A DNA stretch of 38,140 nt, from IMG/VR virus record IMGVR_UViG_3300037308_000199, positions 1 to 38,140 of that record; one strand, given 5' to 3'. Of this stretch, positions 27,001 through 33,897 are shown one piece after another. The notes under the pieces are model-generated. The model was not told where the DNA came from. It ran no database searches and saw only the letters and a list, made by a program, of their open reading frames with translations. A program made the translations under genes and the position numbers. The stretch comes from a virus (taxonomy: Duplodnaviria > Caudoviricetes). Positions within the stretch are counted from its first letter, which is position 1. The number at the start of each line of letters is the position of its first letter.

Positions 27001-28577
27001 ACGCCTTCTACCAGGCGATGGAGACGGCCAGCAACGCGGCCGGTGCCTTCACCGGGGACGGCCTGACGCTGCGCCAGGTCGGCGCGCGGGTGTCCGCGCT
27101 GGGCGACGGCATCAGCATGGGCCTGCGCAACGCGCGCGAGGCCTGGCAGACGCAGGCCCCGGTGCTCGACCCGATGCAGAAGATGGAAGTGGAGCGGCTG
27201 CGCGCGATCGGCGGCCTGGCCGGCGACCTGATCCGCACGCCGGGCCGCGCGCTGCTGGCCGAGGACGAGTTTTTCAAGGGCGTGGCCTACCAGATGGAGC
27301 TGGCGCAGCAGCTCATGGCGATCGCGGAGCGGGAGAGCCCGCAGGACCCGATGAGCCTGTACCGGGCGATGTTCCACAACCTGGAGGCGTTCCCCGAGGC
27401 GATGGCGAAGGCGCGCGAGGCGGCCAACAAGCTGACCTTCACGACCCGCCTGGGCCCGAGCGCCGGGGCGATCAACCACGCGCTGGTGCGCTCGAAGGTC
27501 GGCAAGCTCATCGTGCCGTTCGTGCGCACGCCCACTAACATCGTGAAGTCCTCGCTGGAGTACATGCCGGTGGGGGCGCTCGCGCCCGACACGCTGCGCA
27601 AGCTGGCCGGCAAGGGCGATCCGATGGAAGCCGCGCGGGCCCGCGGCCGGCAGCTCGTCGGCCTGGGCCTGGGCCTGTACGCGGTGCAGATGGCCGCCGC
27701 CGGCCTGCTGTCCGGGGCCGGCCCGGACGATCCGGCCGAGCGCCAGCTGCTGTACCGCACCGGCTGGCAGCCGTACTCGGCCAAGCTGGGCGGCACCTGG
27801 TACAAGTACAACCGCTTCGAGCCGCTGGGCATGCTGCTGGGCATCGCCGCCGACATGCACGAGCTGGCCGGCGCAGCGAAGGAGGAGGAAGTGGGCGTGC
27901 TCGCCAGCATGCTGGTGATGAGCTTCGCCAACAACCTGGGCGATAAGACCTTCCTGCGCGGCATTACCGATTTCATGCAGGCGTACTCCGACCCGGCGCG
28001 CTACGGCAAGAGCTGGGTGGAGGGCCTGGCCGGGACGCTGGTGCCGAGCGGCGCGGCGCAGATCGCCTATGCTGCCGACCCGTTCCAGCGCGAGGCGAAC
28101 ACCGTGCTGGATGCGATCAAGGCACGGGTGCCCGGCATGCGCCAGGACCTGGCGACGCGCGTGGACATCGCGGGCGAGCCGATCGAGACGAGCGCGCCGA
28201 ACCCGCTGCGGCCGAGCCCCGAGAAGCGCGACGTGCTGGCCGAGACGATGCTGCGCCTGGGCGTGTACAAGAGCCGGCCCAGCCACCGCCTGTACGACGT
28301 GGAGCTGTCCGACCAGGAGTACCGCGACTACGCCGAGTACTTGGGCAAGATCAGACAGCAGAACCTGGTGCCGATGGTGCAGAGCCCGCAGTTCCGCCAG
28401 CTGATGGACGGCAACCCGGCCGAGGCGGCCCGGCTGCTGGACAAGGCGTTCGAGGACCTGTCCCGCGAGGCCCGTACCCGCTACCTGTACGAGCACCCGT
28501 CCCTGTACTCTCGCGCCTGGCAGCGCCGCAACGCGCCGCCCTCGACCAGCTCTAGCCGCTACCTGCCCGGGAGCTAA
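21054..28577 (+). CDS. Large polyvalent ejection protein (ddrB-like ParB, metallopeptidase-like, zeta-toxin-like kinase, conserved C-terminal region)
   Basis: 2507 aa; 'LQPRDR...GAPIV..DGQVLSGNGRT' (~22300-22520), 'LAHDVVGHYG' (~23655), 'MGGPGVGKS...DIDD...IWDGT' (~25460-25715), 'PFVRTPTNI' and 'GWQPYS' near the C-terminus. Confidence 0.88.
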   Translation: MAAPSFDEYWQRVQAQVPGATLEDARRVYRQDYGTEPVLTAGPSYSEFKSRVQAQVPDAPEADIERVYRRDYGAPLTTDIARGLGRGGASTRLAAAGGTLIASDYLTRAAGGLARLLPGRLADSLQGIGMLGSALGGGLYEAGREGYEKNAAAADLKQTWLENPAQLTRPDYWLSSAAEGAATTIPTLATGAFSPAVGTTVGTLMEALPSYAERRLGLGQGVMEASGRTAAEAAAIAALNRLGIEAVFGKIPGVTGRPGRALAAFAGQGLTEWLEEGVQGAAGAKSLAGILGDFMRAMRESAAVVPGAALTGSVFGAFQGQPGGGPSRDEQEARRALQGLRPAAAQPEAVPAAAPPQAGPQYDYDLPPPRQAPPKDLGPPVADSLQGAPFPDRAMEVVTARGTRVPVVPTLVELDSLRTSSDEGYDPTLQPRDRSDRAAMQQQELEIAANLDPMRLRPSVDADRGAPIVRADGQVLSGNGRTNALRLAVERFPEKYQAYVQDLAAQGFQVEGMRQPVLVMKAAPLQADWAAFTREANESATARMSPTEAARADAARLTDAELGLFRGGEFGDAQNRDFVRAFLRTVPPGEVNALIDREGTLSPEGVRRIQGALLAKAYGDNQVLARALETNDNNMRAASGAMLDAAPAFASLRADVQAGKLRPEFDIGARVVQAVELVSQLRAKRQGLREFLDQKGLFGDLPPETEAILRGMHNTALTRPVGRERMADFLRFYAKQAAAAGQAKQQDLLGGEAAPATPADLLRQAAALFTAGEEPSQAAMFAFQGQPERRARPMPASLVGRLVNQAASRWTNGPRMVVAEHASDLPVHVLMQLGPDITAAYIRERTGPVVYVVADKISDRFQLQRALAHDVVGHYGFINLMQDRWQWTVEQVNRLSTRDPLIRNIAADVDELYRGVDSNTRAAEIVAALAERSPKHPLVQRVLAQFKEALRKLGFGLNLSRNDLVYLLNRSAESLRWQGVQPVQRGLNTAEPVGGLNAEGSPEAYAMRQATDAQRLPPGPMNFSVGRPSWEHSRRTKQVQVQVNPDLSALRRMGKDAVLRYIDDQDGNRFVWASSEAMHFAMARALKLAGVNLAGEVENPYSVGGGSGYMTVRPDGEIIVDAYDDEAERARNGLVRSTMAKAAQPELPMGEGAYSKADLDAMFPPQALAQRVPASGVRHYEHQSWLDWTHAQVAIMSRTAATGVVDTSVDPSKAASIQQQTADARQEQVRNNIGSAASVLGRIKGGPRTLAQLPPEQIVEVFDMVARLLNQGIVKDPRNIVRQHRDKKGFGYIEPEAIEQHRLDTARWFKEAVLGGMPLSEVAARLRWRGDHRGHWYADGMGRWGALMQTWIAWYDHATPDFTSRDQYFDKIKELGKVREALGNQAAEDAFASWFQEHMYRVQRFAPDWLGQRHIYVLPERHPWLNPSWKKGTPYFQRGARARLHTRLFDAFTRGWKPTKKGQRPTCYVMMGGPGVGKSGFLRTLQQTGKIPRHLPKVDIDDARVKTPEFTRLAAIGDTRAAILMQAEASDTGKAAVAFLTDPSRRASFIWDGTFGDVEDDAKKLAALKDPARDYEVVAMVVSSDPLTVAKDIAFRSKQSGRFVPDSPTKHFAADAWGGAIAGISGPYLEYVDRVMVVDRIGGEFTVVAEWARDVGWNYSDATRARTVFARRYLDARAATLPEAVRGAADRAAEIWGAAEGGGPGLGGNAVGVAGAVRGPPAAPAGGVRPDEGAAGPAGGVEPPQALASREPALVEPAGRRELEVGGGVYGNIPLGELNASEFDTLERTLEAYEPAVGAQRRGTVPWDETEQRALELIRLRLGITLDGLVNRKAGSAANAEQLLAYGSLLGNAVREVERLAADVRNTGSDQAKVAFMQGLERLAMLAAPTYGAMTEAGRALNILRKVAPLAKSARAIVEGMGDGADANLLTLAGAIGNAGSRDEVLGIGRALHHPDWWDKFYEGWINGLLSGPVTHAVNIVSNAFYQAMETASNAAGAFTGDGLTLRQVGARVSALGDGISMGLRNAREAWQTQAPVLDPMQKMEVERLRAIGGLAGDLIRTPGRALLAEDEFFKGVAYQMELAQQLMAIAERESPQDPMSLYRAMFHNLEAFPEAMAKAREAANKLTFTTRLGPSAGAINHALVRSKVGKLIVPFVRTPTNIVKSSLEYMPVGALAPDTLRKLAGKGDPMEAARARGRQLVGLGLGLYAVQMAAAGLLSGAGPDDPAERQLLYRTGWQPYSAKLGGTWYKYNRFEPLGMLLGIAADMHELAGAAKEEEVGVLASMLVMSFANNLGDKTFLRGITDFMQAYSDPARYGKSWVEGLAGTLVPSGAAQIAYAADPFQREANTVLDAIKARVPGMRQDLATRVDIAGEPIETSAPNPLRPSPEKRDVLAETMLRLGVYKSRPSHRLYDVELSDQEYRDYAEYLGKIRQQNLVPMVQSPQFRQLMDGNPAEAARLLDKAFEDLSREARTRYLYEHPSLYSRAWQRRNAPPSTSSSRYLPGS
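26077..26277 (+). CDS. Nested out-of-frame 66-aa acidic protein (candidate antitoxin)
   Basis: ATG 26077 with AGGAG 8 nt upstream; codons mostly G/C-ending in this frame while the host frame becomes low-complexity G/A/P. Confidence 0.7.
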   Translation: MQEQRPFPKLSAAQLIELQKSGELRKAADQVWAEMQWEWLEQFGGRPPRQPEEYDLTREQLDLQEE

Positions 28578-28587
28578 GGGACCGTCA

Positions 28588-28896
28588 GTGGTGAGCGATG
28601 CCATCGCAAACATCTTCAGCAGCAAGGTGGTCGGAGGGCTGTTCGCGCTCGCCTTCGGGGCCTGGGCGTTCGCGCTCAATTCGATGTCCGACAAGGTGCT
28701 GCAGGCGCAGGCCGACACCCGGAACGAGGTCATCCTGCTGAAGTCGCAGGTGGCCGAGCTGCGCGGCTCGCTGGTGGCCATCCAGCTCAAGCAGGCCGAG
28801 GATCTGACGTTGGTGCGGGAGCGGCAGAACGGCGTGCTGGTCCGACTGGAGCGACTGGAAGGGCACATTGATGGCGGCCAGCCCCGTCAGAAGTGA
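28588..28896 (+). CDS. Membrane protein with coiled coil (holin/antiholin-like)
   Basis: 102 aa; one N-terminal TM segment then heptads; immediately before endolysin. Confidence 0.65.
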   Translation: MVSDAIANIFSSKVVGGLFALAFGAWAFALNSMSDKVLQAQADTRNEVILLKSQVAELRGSLVAIQLKQAEDLTLVRERQNGVLVRLERLEGHIDGGQPRQK

Positions 28897-29371
28897 CCCG
28901 CCCTGGCTGACGATCGCGCGCAGCTACCTGGGCGTGACCGAGCGGCCTGGCCCGCCCACCGACAGCACGATCAAGGGCTGGCTGGCCCGGCTCGGCGCAT
29001 GGTGGGGCGACGACGAAACGCCCTGGTGCGCGACGTTCGTATCGGCCTGCTTGGTCCAGGCGGGCCTGCCGAAGCCCAGGCACTGGTACCGGGCGCGCGC
29101 CCTGGCCGAGTACGGCCACGACCTGGGGCGGCGGGCCTACGGCTCGATCGCCGTCCTGGAGCGCGGCGGCGCGGGCCACACCGGCTTCCTGGTGGCCGAG
29201 GACGGCCAGGAGCGCATCCTGCTGCTGGGCGGCAACCAGGGCAACCGCGTCAGCATCGCCTCGTTCGAGGCCTGGCGGGTGATCGGCTACCGCTGGCCGC
29301 CGACCGACACCTGGCCGCCCGTCTACCCGCTGCCGACCCTGCAGGCCGGCGGCGGCGTCGAGGAGGTTTGA
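28871..29371 (+). CDS. Endolysin, TIGR02594 / NlpC-P60-like peptidase
   Basis: 166 aa; 'PPWL-x-IA...LG', 'DETPWCA-x-FV', 'GHTGF', 'LGGNQ'. Confidence 0.9.
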   Translation: MAASPVRSDPPWLTIARSYLGVTERPGPPTDSTIKGWLARLGAWWGDDETPWCATFVSACLVQAGLPKPRHWYRARALAEYGHDLGRRAYGSIAVLERGGAGHTGFLVAEDGQERILLLGGNQGNRVSIASFEAWRVIGYRWPPTDTWPPVYPLPTLQAGGGVEEV

Positions 29372-29373
29372 CC

Positions 29374-29685
29374 GTGCTGTACTACTCTCCCGACACCGCG
29401 CTGATGGCTGGCCTGGGGCTCAGCATCCACTTCGTCAGCCGCTGGGCCGAGCACTGGCGGTCCTCCGGCCGGTCCTGGCCGTGGACCTACGCCGCCCTGG
29501 ACGTGCCCGGCTGGCTGTTCGCCGGCCTGTCCGCCCTGGCCGCCTACCTGGTGCTGCCGGAGTTCGGCGGCATCGTGGGCCAGGCGATCAGCACGTCGCC
29601 CGGCGGGGCCCTGCTGGCGGGCTATACAGCCTCGTCCCTGGGCGTGAAGCTGCCGACGCTGCTGGGGAGAGGGGGTGCCCAGTGA
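29374..29685 (+). CDS. Holin, putative
   Basis: 103 aa from GTG after AGGAGG; 2-3 hydrophobic segments; between endolysin and spanins. Confidence 0.72.
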   Translation: MLYYSPDTALMAGLGLSIHFVSRWAEHWRSSGRSWPWTYAALDVPGWLFAGLSALAAYLVLPEFGGIVGQAISTSPGGALLAGYTASSLGVKLPTLLGRGGAQ

Positions 29686-30191
29686 TCCCGCCACGGATGG
29701 CCCTATACGGCCTCTCGGCGGGCTTTCTTGCCCTGCTGCTGCTGGTGGCCTACAAGTGGGGCTTTCACCGCGGCGACCACCACGGCGCAAGCCAGGTCCA
29801 GGCGGCCTGGGACCGGGCCACCGCAGCACGTAACCAGGAAGTGCGGGCGCTGGAGCTGGCGGCCAGGAAGCGCGAGGCCGAGCTGGCGCAGGCCGCGGCA
29901 AGAATGGAGGAGGACCTACGTGCGCAACTCGACACTGCTGATGCTCGTGGCCGCGACCTGGCTCGCCGGCTGCGCCTCCACCAGGCCACCCGTCCAGGTG
30001 GCGGATGTCTGCCCGCGCCCGCCGAGCCCCCCGCCGGCCCTGATGGCACCGGCGGAGAGCCCGGGGACGGCGGCTCGCCTGGAACAGCTGCTGACCAGGC
30101 CCTAGAGGAGCACCTGGCCGCCTGCGCCCGCGATGCCGAGCGCCTGGACGGCTGGATAGCCTGGTGGGCGTCAGGTCTCCCGTCCAGCTGA
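29682..30191 (+). CDS. Inner-membrane spanin (Rz-like)
   Basis: 169 aa; N-terminal TM, 'G...VQAAWD' coiled coil, C-terminal Cys; contains an embedded lipoprotein gene. Confidence 0.85.
   Translation: MIPPRMALYGLSAGFLALLLLVAYKWGFHRGDHHGASQVQAAWDRATAARNQEVRALELAARKREAELAQAAARMEEDLRAQLDTADARGRDLARRLRLHQATRPGGGCLPAPAEPPAGPDGTGGEPGDGGSPGTAADQALEEHLAACARDAERLDGWIAWWASGLPSS
29920..30105 (+). CDS. Outer-membrane spanin (Rz1-like), embedded
   Basis: 61 aa; GTG after GGAGGAGG; lipobox LAGC; Pro-rich mature part; +1 frame inside Rz. Confidence 0.88.
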   Translation: MRNSTLLMLVAATWLAGCASTRPPVQVADVCPRPPSPPPALMAPAESPGTAARLEQLLTRP

Positions 30192-30192
30192 C

Positions 30193-30567
30193 ACGGTTTC
30201 AGACGGCCAGGACCGCGTACAGGCCCGCTGGGACGCCTCAGCGCTTCAAGCCGAGCGCGATTACCGGGCCGAGGTCGATCGCCTGACAGCGGCCGCCGTA
30301 GCGCGGCAGGCGGAGGATACGGCCCGCCAGCAGGCCCTAGCGCAGCACCTTGCCGCCGAGCGCGCCGAGACTGAGCGCCTGCGGGCCGCCCTGTCCCGCG
30401 CCCAGCTCGTCACCCGACCGGAGCCGACGAATGCGGACCCTGACCCTGATCCTCGCCTCAGTGATGCTTGGCGCTTGTGCTGGAACGCCCACTGGACCGG
30501 CGATCCCGCCGACCGTGCCGCGTGCCAAACCGCCGGACGAGCCGTGTCCGATCCCCGCGGTGGTTGA
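30193..30567 (+). pseudogene. Second Rz-like i-spanin lacking start codon and TM anchor
   Basis: Open frame 'TVSDGQDRVQARWDA...RLSDAWRLCWN...' to TGA 30567; in-frame TAG at 30157 and no usable start. Confidence 0.72.
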
Positions 30568-30715
30568 AGCGTGCAGGTTCCGGCCGAGCTTCAGCCTGCT
30601 AGAGCCTGCCGACCAGGCGGCGCTGCTGCTGAACTGCGCGTCGGTCGCAGGGCCGGCGCTCAGGGAGTGCGAGGGTCGGCGGCGGGTGCTGATGGAGTGG
30701 ATTCAGCGGGAGTAG
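30431..30715 (+). CDS. Second outer-membrane spanin-like lipoprotein
   Basis: 94 aa; MRTLTLILASVMLGAC lipobox, GGAG upstream, Pro-rich, 'EC..R...L..W' C-terminus. Confidence 0.8.
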   Translation: MRTLTLILASVMLGACAGTPTGPAIPPTVPRAKPPDEPCPIPAVVEACRFRPSFSLLEPADQAALLLNCASVAGPALRECEGRRRVLMEWIQRE

Positions 30716-31058
30716 CTGCTGCGCTGTCAGTAGGCACGGCGTCGAATATCGCTAACATATCGTCGGCCCTCGCACAGCCAGGAAAGCCATGAGCGCACTT
30801 ACTCATGTCGGCAGCGGCAAGGCCGCAATACTGACAATCCGCATTGCCATTAGCGGCAAGCGTTCTGAGGATGCAGTTTTCCCGCTCCGCTTCCGCGAGC
30901 CGGGCGCGCAGGTCCAGCGTCCCTGCTTTGAGCGTCCCGGCCGCATCCTCGGCCAGCCGAAGCTCCTGTCGCAGGCGCTCGATTTCGTCGGCGGCGCGGT
31001 TGCCTTCGATACCGAAGCCACGCAGCCACGCGATGCCTGCAGCGGTTAATTCACTCAC
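30660..31058 (-). CDS. Phage hypothetical protein (coiled coil + Cys cluster)
   Basis: 132 aa; 'AADEIERLR' motif, CQYC...C..GFPGC; purine-rich RBS upstream. Confidence 0.75.
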   Translation of the reverse strand: MSELTAAGIAWLRGFGIEGNRAADEIERLRQELRLAEDAAGTLKAGTLDLRARLAEAERENCILRTLAANGNADCQYCGLAAADMSKCAHGFPGCARADDMLAIFDAVPTDSAAATPAESTPSAPAADPRTP

Positions 31059-31180
31059 GGCTACCCCCCTCCCGATTGTGCATCTTCCTCAGCTGGTGCA
31101 TCAGCCTTCTATGCTCCCGCTCAACCTGCGGGTCACGCAGCTTCAGTCAGTACGGGCCGACGTAGCCGACGTGCCAGGGT

Positions 31181-31447
31181 CTAGAAGGGGATGGCGTCGT
31201 AGGCGTCCACGATATCAAACGGAACATCTTCGGTCGGCTTTGGCGCAGCTGCGGCCGTGTCCTTAATCGGCTTCGGCTCGTAGAAGTTCGCCCAGCCGTT
31301 CCAATCAACCGGCACGGATTCCAGTTTCATGCTGAAACCCTTGTCCGTCTTGAACACTGCGCCGATGTTCATGTAACGCTTTTTCGTGTTGCCGGCCCGG
31401 TCCGTGTACTCACCAACCGTCGCCACCACGTCGTAGACCTTACTCAC
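31181..31447 (-). CDS. Small ssDNA-binding-like protein
   Basis: 88 aa; 'GEYTD..G..K-x-RY..IG-x-VF' beta fold and acidic tail ending DAIPF. Confidence 0.7.
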   Translation of the reverse strand: MSKVYDVVATVGEYTDRAGNTKKRYMNIGAVFKTDKGFSMKLESVPVDWNGWANFYEPKPIKDTAAAAPKPTEDVPFDIVDAYDAIPF

Positions 31448-31575
31448 AATGCATAGTCCTGTCGCGCTTTCGCCGGCTGTCCGCTTTTCAGCACCGCCAG
31501 CACGTCCTTAAACCGCGATGCCGTCGCATGGCCGCAGCGCTCGGCCAGCCATTCAGGCGACCCCTGCTCGATCAT
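31444..31575 (-). pseudogene. Truncated YqaJ / lambda-exonuclease-family gene
   Basis: 43 aa MIEQGSPEWLAERCGHATASRFKDVLA...; matches the family N-terminus (Q-x-S-x-EW...R-x-G-x-x-TAS) but stops before the catalytic core. Confidence 0.85.
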
Positions 31576-31769
31576 GCGACATACCTCCGCGCCGCCATGC
31601 GCCGCCGAAACTCAGCCACGCTTCCAGGGCGCTCCGTCGAGCGACACGGCGGCGGCAGCACGTCGCGCTCGCGCTCGCACTTCAGCTTGCGGTCAATCCA
31701 CCACCCGACGACCGCGAACACCGTCGCCAGCACTGTCGAAATCGCAATGAGCCAGAATGCGTCGCTCAC
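31572..31769 (-). CDS. Small membrane protein
   Basis: 65 aa, N-terminal TM; 4-nt overlaps on both sides. Confidence 0.7.
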   Translation of the reverse strand: MSDAFWLIAISTVLATVFAVVGWWIDRKLKCERERDVLPPPCRSTERPGSVAEFRRRMAARRYVA

Positions 31770-32221
31770 TTTTTGTTCTCCGCGTCCATGATCCGGATAT
31801 GCCCGCGAATCAGTGCTAAAAACACCGTGTACTGCGCGTGCGCAATCACATTGTCTTTGTGCGTTTCATTGATCGCGGCCTCGAACTCTTCGACCGTGCC
31901 GCTAAAGCAGCCGCAGTTCACGCGCCAGCCGATTTTCGCGTCCCGGTGCACGGTCGTCGTCCGGCCGCTGCTGATCGCCGGGCCGAGCGTCAGGTAATCG
32001 CCCGCCGTTGACACACGCCCGTGGCCGCAAATGACGGCCGATCCGCCGACGACGGCCGATCCGCCGACGCGGGCCAATCCGCCGACGCGGGCCGATCCGC
32101 TGACGCGGGCCGATCCGCTGACGCGGGCCGATCCGCCGACGACGGCCGATCCGCCGACGCGGGCCGATCCGCTGACGCGGGCCGATTCGCTGACGACGGC
32201 CGTAGGTGCGATGTAGCTCAC
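31766..32221 (-). CDS. Hexapeptide-repeat (left-handed beta-helix) phage protein
   Basis: 151 aa from GTG; [SG]-G-S-A-[RV]-V repeats then 'GRTTT.......V-x-CGCF-x-GT-x-EEF...I..TH'. Confidence 0.85.
   Translation of the reverse strand: MSYIAPTAVVSESARVSGSARVGGSAVVGGSARVSGSARVSGSARVGGLARVGGSAVVGGSAVICGHGRVSTAGDYLTLGPAISSGRTTTVHRDAKIGWRVNCGCFSGTVEEFEAAINETHKDNVIAHAQYTVFLALIRGHIRIMDAENKK
32030..32200 (-). repeat. 18-bp coding tandem repeat
   Basis: GGCCGATCCGC(C/T)GACG(CG/AC)-type unit about 9 times. Confidence 0.93.
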
Positions 32222-32466
32222 TTCGACGCCTCCCATTTCTCAATCGCGGCTTCGACAAACTTGTGTTCTTGGCTGGTCAGGCGACCGTACTGATGCACGT
32301 AGCGCACGACCGCCAGCAAGCCAGCAACAGCCTCCGCAAGCGTCGGCTTTGCCGGCTGCGACCGAGCGTCGATTTCGACGGCACGCTTGCGCGTCTCCGG
32401 CGACAGCGTGTCCATGAACGCGCCCGGCGGGCACTGGTCGTCGTCAATGTCCGGCGGCGGCATCAT
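32218..32466 (-). CDS. Hypothetical protein
   Basis: 82 aa; 4-nt overlaps with neighbours. Confidence 0.7.
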   Translation of the reverse strand: MMPPPDIDDDQCPPGAFMDTLSPETRKRAVEIDARSQPAKPTLAEAVAGLLAVVRYVHQYGRLTSQEHKFVEAAIEKWEASK

Positions 32467-32816
32467 GCAACCTCTGCCGACTGCAGGGCGGCCAGCAGTC
32501 GCTTGCAGCGGTGCAGCACCGGCTCGGCCTTCACCATGACGGCCAGCAGATCGTCGATGATCCGTTCGGGCTCACCGGCGGAGACACTTGAATCCCTGGC
32601 GCAGTACTGCCCTAAGCTCAGGCGCTGGATGTCGCCCGCCTTCGCGGCCCGGCACAGCGCCGAGTTGACCGCGCCGCGCGTTGGCGGGGCGCGGAATTGG
32701 CTGTTGTTCAGCTCGCGCTGCAGCATCGAACTGGTGTAGGCCTTGCCCTGGTTGTTCTCCAGGTGCCTGATGACCGCGGCGGTCAGGCCGCGGGCGTTCA
32801 CGGTACGGCTTTTCAT
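32463..32816 (-). CDS. Winged-helix-like DNA-binding protein, putative
   Basis: 117 aa; RBS AGAGGA; 'AV-x-SAL-x-R....G-x-I-x-R...G-x-Y' wHTH-like pattern. Confidence 0.65.
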   Translation of the reverse strand: MKSRTVNARGLTAAVIRHLENNQGKAYTSSMLQRELNNSQFRAPPTRGAVNSALCRAAKAGDIQRLSLGQYCARDSSVSAGEPERIIDDLLAVMVKAEPVLHRCKRLLAALQSAEVA

Positions 32817-32836
32817 GTCACGTTCCTCTTGCTTGG

Positions 32837-32890
32837 TTAAAAAGGCAATTCGTCGTCGAAGTCAACGACGGCCACTGGTGCTACGGCTAC
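32837..32890 (-). pseudogene. Orphan C-terminal tail of an SSB-like gene
   Basis: Reads VAVAPVAVVDFDDELPF-stop; no plausible gene body upstream in frame. Confidence 0.62.
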
Positions 32891-32907
32891 CAGGTGGTGG
32901 AGGGATG

Positions 32908-32943
32908 AAAAGGCCCCGGTCCGCATCGCTGCGGGCCGGGGCC
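32908..32943 (-). terminator. Strong hairpin, probable leftward intrinsic terminator
   Basis: 14-bp near-perfect stem GGCCCCGGTCCGCA/TGCGGGCCGGGGCC with AAAA on its left (TTTT on minus strand). Confidence 0.6.
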
Positions 32944-33045
32944 GAGGGGTCGCGGCCAGAATGGAGTACCGACCGCGAGGGTTGCCGAGCACGAGGAACG
33001 TGATGCGCGGCTCGGTGATGGTATCTGACGATGGGAGGAGCTGTC

Positions 33046-33225
33046 ATGCGCGACTGGCTGAGGGTACTGGCCCCGTGGCTGTTCGCCGCCGGGGCGGCGT
33101 TGATCGCCTACGGTACGGGGGCTGACGACCTGGGCGCGATCCTGGTGGCCGGCCTGAGCTTTGTGGCCTACTTCACCGGGATCGAGGAAGGGCGGCTTGA
33201 CGAACGTGGCCGCCACCCCCTATAA
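33046..33225 (+). CDS. Small two-TM membrane protein
   Basis: 59 aa; RBS GGAGGAG; two hydrophobic segments. Confidence 0.7.
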   Translation: MRDWLRVLAPWLFAAGAALIAYGTGADDLGAILVAGLSFVAYFTGIEEGRLDERGRHPL

Positions 33226-33560
33226 ACAACACGCCCCTCGCAAGGAGGGGCGTGGCGCTCAAAGCCTGTCAGGGCTTGTTGTAGAGCGCGGTCCGGTAGC
33301 GGCGGACGGCACATATGGTGCCAATCCTCCCTCCTCACCGCAAGCGCCACGCCCCGCGAAGGGTCGTCAAGGCGCACGCAGTCATGCCCGTTCCGGTGTC
33401 GGGGCTCGCCAGGAAAGCATCGGTAAGTAAGTCGGGGACGTAGCGCACCCTGACGGCGAAATCCCGGGCAACGTCCTACCCCTGACGACCCGGTACCACC
33501 AGCGGAGGGCGCATACGAGTATCCCCGGTACCCCTACCGGAGTGGAGAAAGTGGGGGACC
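33226..33560. other. Highly structured non-coding region (candidate ncRNA, regulatory leader or origin)
   Basis: Largest intergenic gap; at least six stems and repeated short motifs (see findings). Confidence 0.5.
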
Positions 33561-33588
33561 TTTGGCAACGCAAAACGAGGAGAGGAAC

Positions 33589-33897
33589 GTGAAGCACAAG
33601 TACCAACAGCAGCCGCTGAAGCTGGGCAAGGCCTTGCTGGGGCGGGTGGCTGAGCCCGAGGACAACCACTACGACGAGCTGTACGCGCACGCCCGCAAGC
33701 GCATCGAGGAGCTGGGGCCCGGCATCGAAGTGGTGGCCGCGGAGCTGATCGAGGGCGGCCCGGTGCCGCGCGAGGGCCGCGTCCTGGGCGCGATCATGCG
33801 CCGGCTGCGGTCCGAGAACCGCATCATCCGCACTTCGCGGGTGAGCACCAGCTACCGATCGCACGGCGGCCTGGCCCGAGTCTGGAGGGTGCCATGA
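33589..33897 (+). CDS. Hypothetical, possible DNA-binding protein
   Basis: 102 aa from GTG after GAGGAGAGG; 'R-x-LGAIM..L....II...SH.....VW' pattern. Confidence 0.75.
   Translation: MKHKYQQQPLKLGKALLGRVAEPEDNHYDELYAHARKRIEELGPGIEVVAAELIEGGPVPREGRVLGAIMRRLRSENRIIRTSRVSTSYRSHGGLARVWRVP

Noticed and set aside
31051-31146. Minus-strand frame LKLRDPQVEREHRRLMHQLRKMHNREGGSRE
   Set aside because: Could be another gene remnant but is short, lacks a good start and has no recognisable motif.
32030-32200. Possible CRISPR-like array
   Set aside because: Contiguous 18-bp units without spacers, in frame within a hexapeptide-repeat gene; no cas genes.
32905-33003. 32-aa ORF MKRPRSASLRAGAEG...
   Set aside because: Mostly spans the GC hairpin; coding evidence too weak to call.
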